From positions 1 through 38,284 of IMG/VR virus record IMGVR_UViG_3300002301_000005: a stretch of DNA of 38,284 nucleotides; one strand, written 5' to 3'. The translations under genes and the position numbers were made by a program. Below, piece by piece: positions 33,049-38,284 of the stretch. Position 1 is the first letter of the stretch. The number at the start of each line of letters is the position of its first letter. The notes beneath the pieces were generated by a model. It saw only the letters and a list, made by a program, of their open reading frames with translations, was not told where the DNA came from and did not search any database. The stretch comes from a virus.

Positions 33049-33855
33049 TTAGTTACCGGTGAACGATACGAAGTCGCCAGCCGTTCCGTTCAAATAGATT
33101 GGAGATAAGTTGCTAATTGAAAATGACATTGAGGCACCTGGCTGAAGAATGTAGCCATTACCTGAGCCCGTTTGCGTATTATTGACCCCAGTTGGGCCAA
33201 CTGTCATAGGCGCTGAATTATTAATGTTAGCCGTGATAGTCACACCATTAACTAATGCGCCTGTACCAAGTTGAACGGCTGTCCCTGTAGTTGCAATGGC
33301 TTTTTGGCCAGCAATCAATGTATTTTGAATACCACCCAAAGCGGATATATCAGCCGCAATTGAAGTCAATAAAGTAATTTCAGAAGATTGATTAGCGGAA
33401 GTGGCTGCGCCCGTCGGTAACGGTAAGGCTGTAGCACTAACGGCTTGAACTGCTGGAAAGTTATTGACACTAACCGTACTGATAATTGAACTAACAGGGA
33501 TATAAGTACCTGCGGTTGGCGCGGAACTTAGCGTAGTACTTTGGGTAATGTTACGCCAAGTAGTGCCTAAATATTGAGCAGGGGTAACGTTGATATTGTA
33601 TTCATCGACTTGTTGCAAGTAGTCATTTGTAACGTACCCAGTGCCATTCGCTGTGGCAATCCAGTTGATATAACTAAACTGAGTTTCAGATAACTGCGGT
33701 GTGGCAGGGACCCAAGTTTGTGTACTTGAGTTGTAAACATAAGATGCAATACTGAGCAAACCATTGGCCACATAGGGCGCGGCTGAGTCTAATGTATTAG
33801 GGTCAAAGCCAATGTAAATCTGGCGATTAGGATGACCTTGTTGATTGGTACCCAT
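33049..33855 (-). CDS. Ser/Thr/Asn-rich structural protein, 268 aa (fibre adaptor or proximal fibre candidate)
   Basis: ORF track. Beta-rich composition. Immediately upstream of the fibre gene. Confidence 0.5.
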   Translation of the reverse strand: MGTNQQGHPNRQIYIGFDPNTLDSAAPYVANGLLSIASYVYNSSTQTWVPATPQLSETQFSYINWIATANGTGYVTNDYLQQVDEYNINVTPAQYLGTTWRNITQSTTLSSAPTAGTYIPVSSIISTVSVNNFPAVQAVSATALPLPTGAATSANQSSEITLLTSIAADISALGGIQNTLIAGQKAIATTGTAVQLGTGALVNGVTITANINNSAPMTVGPTGVNNTQTGSGNGYILQPGASMSFSISNLSPIYLNGTAGDFVSFTGN

Positions 33856-33857
33856 GA

Positions 33858-36020
33858 TTAACCTCTAGGTATGCCACCAGGCATTGCGTCAGGGTGAATT
33901 GCGCCAGGAGGTTGCTGACCTGGGCGCGGCATTTGCGGCTGAGCACCCATGCGCGGTGTTCCCGCTACACCAGGGGCGGCACCACCTGGCACTCCTGGTT
34001 GACCTTGTGGTGGTTGCTGAGGTTGCGCCATTTGACGTTTTTTCTGCAACTGTTCCATGTGCTTTTGAATATGCGCTCGAACCATTCCAGTACTATCACC
34101 CGTCATTTGACCTGCTTGAGCGTGTTTTTGAATATGCTCTGCGTCGTCATCAGCTTCATGAACTTCTGTCAAAATGTGATTGACCATCATTTCATTCTCA
34201 ATATCAGGGTCAATCGTGAACTTATTGCGATCATCGATCAAGATCTGATTACCCAGCTCAGGACCAAAGACATTCTCAACCATTGTGTCAAGTATTGGAG
34301 TAATGTCAAGGCGGCGACCATTAAGCTGCTGTGGTGGAATACCACGCAAGACGTTCATGGTGGCAATCTGTTGCTGCATGCGCTGCATGTTCATCACAAA
34401 CGATGTACCAGTCCATTGGAAGAAATAGCGCTGTCCCCATTGATTTGGTGGAATGGATTGAACCGTAGCTTTAACACCAAGCTCACCAATATTGAGTATC
34501 GAGACATCATCTTCACGGAATTGGCAATCGTATTCAAAGAAGCGCTCCATCAATGGATTTAATATCTCTTCTTCAAATCGCTCAGCGTGATCAACAATGG
34601 CCACGGATTGCTCTTGCATTTGGGCGCCAACCGCTTGGGCGTTTTTCTTACCCTGCTGCTTACCCATCATCGCTTCATTAGATTCCAAAGACTGATGAAT
34701 ACGCGCTTCGATTGCGCCACACATTTGAACTGAGTCTTTCCACAACTGAGGGAAAGATTGGAACTTGGTAGAGTTAGGGTCAACTGGCCACACGGCAGCT
34801 AAACCAAACACCATCATGGCGTAGTTTGGATTCTTTTCAGGATCGGTCATAACGACTGGTAGCAATGAGTACATTGCGGAGTCTTGGCCCATATTCCAAA
34901 AGTCGTTTAAGTTCCACTGTAGGAACTTGACGGCTTCAATCTTGGACACACCGTTAAATGATCCACTTAATCGATCGACTGGGGCTGACAGAATTGGACG
35001 TTTTTGACCCCATTGCGGTGCCTTGATAATACCAATGATTTCGTTTTCACCAGCGTAATAAACGTAGGCCAGTTCTTTTTTACCTTTTTCAAACTCTAAG
35101 CGAACGTGGGCCTCGTAAATCAAAGCGTACTTGAAGGTACCTTCGGTTTTAACACCAGCGTCCGATGTGCGAGCTTTTTGAGGATTAACTTTCTCTTGGC
35201 CTTTACGGTTGCTCATCCAAGTAGAGAGCTCGCCTTTATTCTCAAGGTCAATTTCAAAAATACCCTCATCCATCATCTTTTGCACTTGATCTTTAGACAT
35301 GCGCAATTTGATGCAGGTAATGTCGGCCTTCTCAACGCTAGAAGCAGTTGGGGGTATCACCACTAAATCTTCTGTGGCCACATCCACAATCTCAGGACCT
35401 TCTTCCAATACCTCCATGGTATCTTCTGATTCTTCCAAATCAGTCGGATCTTCCATTTCAAGCGTCTCGCCATCAATAGTCTCGAGAACTGGATTGCGTT
35501 TTACAAAATCAGTAATAGTTTTGTAGTTGCGCTTCCAGTCGATATACAAACTCCACTGACCGGTCACATCACCCGAAATCAAAATCGAACGAACGACTGA
35601 CTTCAAATTGGTGCTGCGGATATAGTGCTCTAGCAATGAGAGCTGTGGTCCAGGCGTTTGTGGATCAGATCCAACAGCCTCGACGTGAGTGTATTTATTT
35701 GGGAATAACTGCTTTAGCGCACGTTTAGAGCGAGCATTGATCGCATCGCGAACGGCAGGGACATAGCACCGTGAGTTACCCACATACTGCTGATTGGTAT
35801 CAGGCTGAGCATTGTAAATATTCCAATATTCAACAATGGCATCATTGGCTTCTTCACGATTTTTATACGCTTGCTGGATGGTTTTATAAAACCCTTCACA
35901 CTTTTCGTAAATATCAGAGTCGCGCTTACTGGCCCAATTTTCAATCTCTTTTTTCTCGATTGAGTCTTTCTCGATTGCTGGGCTATCGACTTTCTGAAGT
36001 TCGGGTTTCTTTTTAGCCAT
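33858..36020 (-). CDS. Portal protein, 720 aa, with a Gln/Pro/Gly-rich C-terminal tail
   Basis: Size and position immediately after TerL (TAATG overlap). Confidence 0.75.
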   Translation of the reverse strand: MAKKKPELQKVDSPAIEKDSIEKKEIENWASKRDSDIYEKCEGFYKTIQQAYKNREEANDAIVEYWNIYNAQPDTNQQYVGNSRCYVPAVRDAINARSKRALKQLFPNKYTHVEAVGSDPQTPGPQLSLLEHYIRSTNLKSVVRSILISGDVTGQWSLYIDWKRNYKTITDFVKRNPVLETIDGETLEMEDPTDLEESEDTMEVLEEGPEIVDVATEDLVVIPPTASSVEKADITCIKLRMSKDQVQKMMDEGIFEIDLENKGELSTWMSNRKGQEKVNPQKARTSDAGVKTEGTFKYALIYEAHVRLEFEKGKKELAYVYYAGENEIIGIIKAPQWGQKRPILSAPVDRLSGSFNGVSKIEAVKFLQWNLNDFWNMGQDSAMYSLLPVVMTDPEKNPNYAMMVFGLAAVWPVDPNSTKFQSFPQLWKDSVQMCGAIEARIHQSLESNEAMMGKQQGKKNAQAVGAQMQEQSVAIVDHAERFEEEILNPLMERFFEYDCQFREDDVSILNIGELGVKATVQSIPPNQWGQRYFFQWTGTSFVMNMQRMQQQIATMNVLRGIPPQQLNGRRLDITPILDTMVENVFGPELGNQILIDDRNKFTIDPDIENEMMVNHILTEVHEADDDAEHIQKHAQAGQMTGDSTGMVRAHIQKHMEQLQKKRQMAQPQQPPQGQPGVPGGAAPGVAGTPRMGAQPQMPRPGQQPPGAIHPDAMPGGIPRG

Positions 36021-38011
36021 TATCGTTTAGGTAAAGCGCTCAAGTAAGGGGTTCCAGTGGAGTTTACAGCATTTGCACTTGTCTTTGATAACCGATTATC
36101 AGGCTGATTCATAGCAAAGGTCAATGCCTCTAAACCCTCAATTAGTGTTTTTGCTGAATTTCTTTGCGGTTCGGCCCCACGCTCGCCACCAGACTTGATT
36201 GGCCAGTGATAACCGCCCGATAGTGCCTTTAAGGTATTTTCAGCGCGATCATCAACTTGAAACATGCGTCGCCCATTCATTTCAGTACGAATCATGGGGC
36301 TTAACGCCGATCGGCTCATGACCGCGTTCTCTGCTCGATTAGGAGTAAATCCCGATGACTTCAATGCACTGATCAACGGGTTTCGACCCACCTGATCGTA
36401 CATATCTGCCGGTACCCAAGTTGTGACCTTACGTCCAGGGTACACCGCCCGAATGAGTGCGACCACATCGGGGATCGCATCGTTTGGCATTAAGGGTGAC
36501 ACCCAGTCAGCAAGTACGGTCATGTTCCGACCATTAACCGCCACTAGGCAAGCTGTGGTTTCAGTGCCCGTGGCATTACACGCCAAGAGCAAAGCGTCTC
36601 GCCGACCTAACTCTGCATCCTGAACAATGTTGGCTTGACCAAAATCCCCATAGACCGGCACCCCAGAGAACACCCGAAGTGAATAAGCCAAGGCGTTTAG
36701 GATGTCTCGTTTACCCGAAGGGAAATTCAAAATCTGACTGATGAGCTGTTGGTGTTTGGCGCGACCCCCAACCAAAATAATATCCCCCGCTACAAAAAAC
36801 GGACGCAGACCCATGATGAACTGAGCCTTGTCCCGATCTTGTGGAGCATTGATTGGGCGAATATCTAAGTGTTTACCCGTAGTAAGCGAGTGGGCGCGAA
36901 TTGGTTGCAAGAGCCAGTCATCTAACGAGTTCTTCTCAATCACTACCTCAGCATCGTTATGGCGCTCACTCATTTCAAACGCGCCCTTCACGATCTCATC
37001 GGGCTGCCAATAGTGGCCCCCAGACTCATGAACGTAAATTGTCGTCCCCATTCGAGACACGGTGACGGTACCCGTTTGGTCAGACTTTTTCACTTCCACC
37101 GTACGAGCGGGGTCCATGATGACCACACGGGGGGAGTAGGTGGTGGGCGCAATGTCAGCAACCGCAATCATTTCTTCGGTAAATGGCTTACCTTGGGAGC
37201 CCGCAGCAATCAGCATGTATTCCTGCATGAACTCGCGCAGCATCCCCTCCCTGGCGTATTGATCCCGCTTTTCCCTGATCCATTCGATTGGGTAACGGTC
37301 AGGCCAAAGGGATTGAGCCTCCGGATCATCAATATCGCGATCACAGATCGGAAACTTAGCACTGACCCAGCTAGGCGAATTTAACGCCCGTGTGATTAAA
37401 CAATCATCGGCCAACGGGGTTCCGGTAATCCGAATCTTCCCAAATTCTTTATCCATCGCAGGCATGAGCTGCAAATGAATCTTTTTCCAGTTTTTATCTA
37501 CCGTGAAGGTATCGCGCACCGACTCTGAATTTTCAATGTCATCTAGGTAAGCGCGATCGGGGCGCATGTCAAAGTGCTTGTAGCCTCGAATCTCCTCTTC
37601 CCAACCGTGAGCCTCAAGAAGCACCCCGTTTGTAAACAGGATTTTATTTTCAGCCCACACTGTCCCTTTTAAATCGCCAAACAGTTGCTTGAGTTTTCCA
37701 TTGGTCAAAACTTCATGCTTGATTGCTGAGAGACGTTGGCAGGCTTTGGTATAAGTTTCACCAAAGATTAAACAGTACTTAAAGTTGGCAAATCCCGCTT
37801 CCATCAGTAAGAACTCTTCTGAGAGCGTGGACTTGGCACCTTCTCGAAAAGCCTCAATACATACATTTTCATCGGCACTCGCCCACAAATCCATGATTGA
37901 AATATGGAAGGGTGGCGAAGCCTGACGGTGACGATGATTGAACAACATCGCTGAACCGAGCGCTCTGTCGGTACTGATGGCCTTGAGGATGGCTTCGTTA
38001 GATAGTGACAT
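36020..38011 (-). CDS. terL: Terminase large subunit
   Basis: Walker A-like REGAKST, Walker B AYLDDIEN, coupling motif ITGTPL, and a C-terminal nuclease-size domain. Start set at the ATG at 38011, because the upstream track extension (GTG at 38146) runs through DNA-level repeats. Confidence 0.85.
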   Translation of the reverse strand: MSLSNEAILKAISTDRALGSAMLFNHRHRQASPPFHISIMDLWASADENVCIEAFREGAKSTLSEEFLLMEAGFANFKYCLIFGETYTKACQRLSAIKHEVLTNGKLKQLFGDLKGTVWAENKILFTNGVLLEAHGWEEEIRGYKHFDMRPDRAYLDDIENSESVRDTFTVDKNWKKIHLQLMPAMDKEFGKIRITGTPLADDCLITRALNSPSWVSAKFPICDRDIDDPEAQSLWPDRYPIEWIREKRDQYAREGMLREFMQEYMLIAAGSQGKPFTEEMIAVADIAPTTYSPRVVIMDPARTVEVKKSDQTGTVTVSRMGTTIYVHESGGHYWQPDEIVKGAFEMSERHNDAEVVIEKNSLDDWLLQPIRAHSLTTGKHLDIRPINAPQDRDKAQFIMGLRPFFVAGDIILVGGRAKHQQLISQILNFPSGKRDILNALAYSLRVFSGVPVYGDFGQANIVQDAELGRRDALLLACNATGTETTACLVAVNGRNMTVLADWVSPLMPNDAIPDVVALIRAVYPGRKVTTWVPADMYDQVGRNPLISALKSSGFTPNRAENAVMSRSALSPMIRTEMNGRRMFQVDDRAENTLKALSGGYHWPIKSGGERGAEPQRNSAKTLIEGLEALTFAMNQPDNRLSKTSANAVNSTGTPYLSALPKR

Positions 38012-38018
38012 AAGGGTC

Positions 38019-38046
38019 AGTATAGCGGAACTCTTGATGACTACAA
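38019..38046 (-). promoter_or_regulatory. Candidate late promoter ending 7 nt before the terL ATG (possible leaderless transcript)
   Basis: On the minus strand: TTGTAG (38046..38041), 16-nt spacer, TATACT (38024..38019). There is no SD before the ATG at 38011. Confidence 0.3.
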
Positions 38047-38087
38047 GCACCCATGCAACGAGTTGATGACTACAAGCACCCATGCAA
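38034..38087. repeat. Two perfect 25-bp direct repeats (TTGATGACTACAAGCACCCATGCAA) with a 29-bp period
   Basis: 38034..38058 and 38063..38087 are identical on reading. Confidence 0.9.
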
Positions 38088-38219
38088 TGTAGGTAAAGGG
38101 TTATAACTATGCGCAGTTTCGGAGACGGGCCGCCCGCAAAACCCACCCCGTCGGGGGGTAGGCCCTGGGGGTTACCAAAGTTAGTTAGCGCTTACTTACT
38201 TAGGGAGGCGGCGGGGGCT

Positions 38220-38284
38220 GGGGGTACCCCTAGGGCTGGGGGGTCACTTACATTGTAGGTACTGGGGGCAACCTCCAGGGCTTA
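38220..38284. repeat. Right copy of the 65-nt exact terminal direct repeat
   Basis: Identical to 1..65. Confidence 0.9.

Noticed and set aside
33884-34562. Long antisense ORFs (99 and 222 aa) opposite the portal gene
   Set aside because: They are entirely antisense to a well-supported 720-aa gene, in a Gln/Pro-codon-rich stretch that suppresses stops on the other strand. They have no SD, and the sequences are low-complexity His/Leu-rich.
38034-38087. Possible CRISPR-like array
   Set aside because: There are only two repeat copies separated by 4 nt. There are no spacers and no cas genes.
38012-38146. N-terminal extension of the terL ORF to the GTG at 38146
   Set aside because: The extension reads through two 25-bp DNA repeats in different frames and gives a hydrophobic Cys/Val-rich peptide unlike terminase N-termini. 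The conserved-looking terminase sequence starts at the Met at 38011.
1-38284. Protein-primed linear replicon (small family B polymerase, repeated ends)
   Set aside because: The terminal repeats are direct, not inverted. No terminal-protein candidate sits next to the polymerase, and a dedicated primase-helicase is present.

Overview
The window appears to be one complete tailed-phage genome. It looks podovirus-like: no tape-measure or sheath genes are visible. The first 65 nt (1..65) are repeated exactly at 38220..38284, so the unique length is 38,219 bp.

Coding is dense and falls into four blocks:
- An early + block (657..4512) of about 14 small, mostly orphan genes. Many are joined by ATGA/TAATG overlaps.
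- A - strand replication block (9261..4493): SF2 DEAH helicase, VRR-NUC nuclease, mini TetR-like HTH protein, and an AEP primase-SF3 helicase fusion.
- A + strand replication block (9362..14974): Cas4-like DUF2800 nuclease, DUF2815-like SSB, family B DNA polymerase, and an orphan 333-aa protein.
- One long - strand late block (38011..14889): TerL, portal, a tail-fibre cassette, a mini M48-like metalloprotease, scaffold, major capsid, tail proteins, a second fibre, a lysis cassette, a cupin, three low-complexity ejection-type proteins, a diverged PurD-like ATP-grasp enzyme, and an HTH protein.

About 790 bp around the genome ends (38012..38284 plus 1..656) is non-coding and packed with repeats, operator-like palindromes and a consensus sigma70 promoter.

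I did not recognise any tRNA, rRNA, CRISPR array, integrase, reverse transcriptase, phage RNA polymerase, clear small terminase, or known defence or anti-defence family.

The best candidates for something undescribed are:
- the PurD-like ATP-grasp gene at the far end of the virion operon;
- the mini-M48 protease next to a scaffold protein with a hydrophobic leader and Asp/Pro repeats;
- the repeat-rich control region at the termini;
- the very acidic first early protein.

All functional calls come from motif reading by eye. No database search was run.
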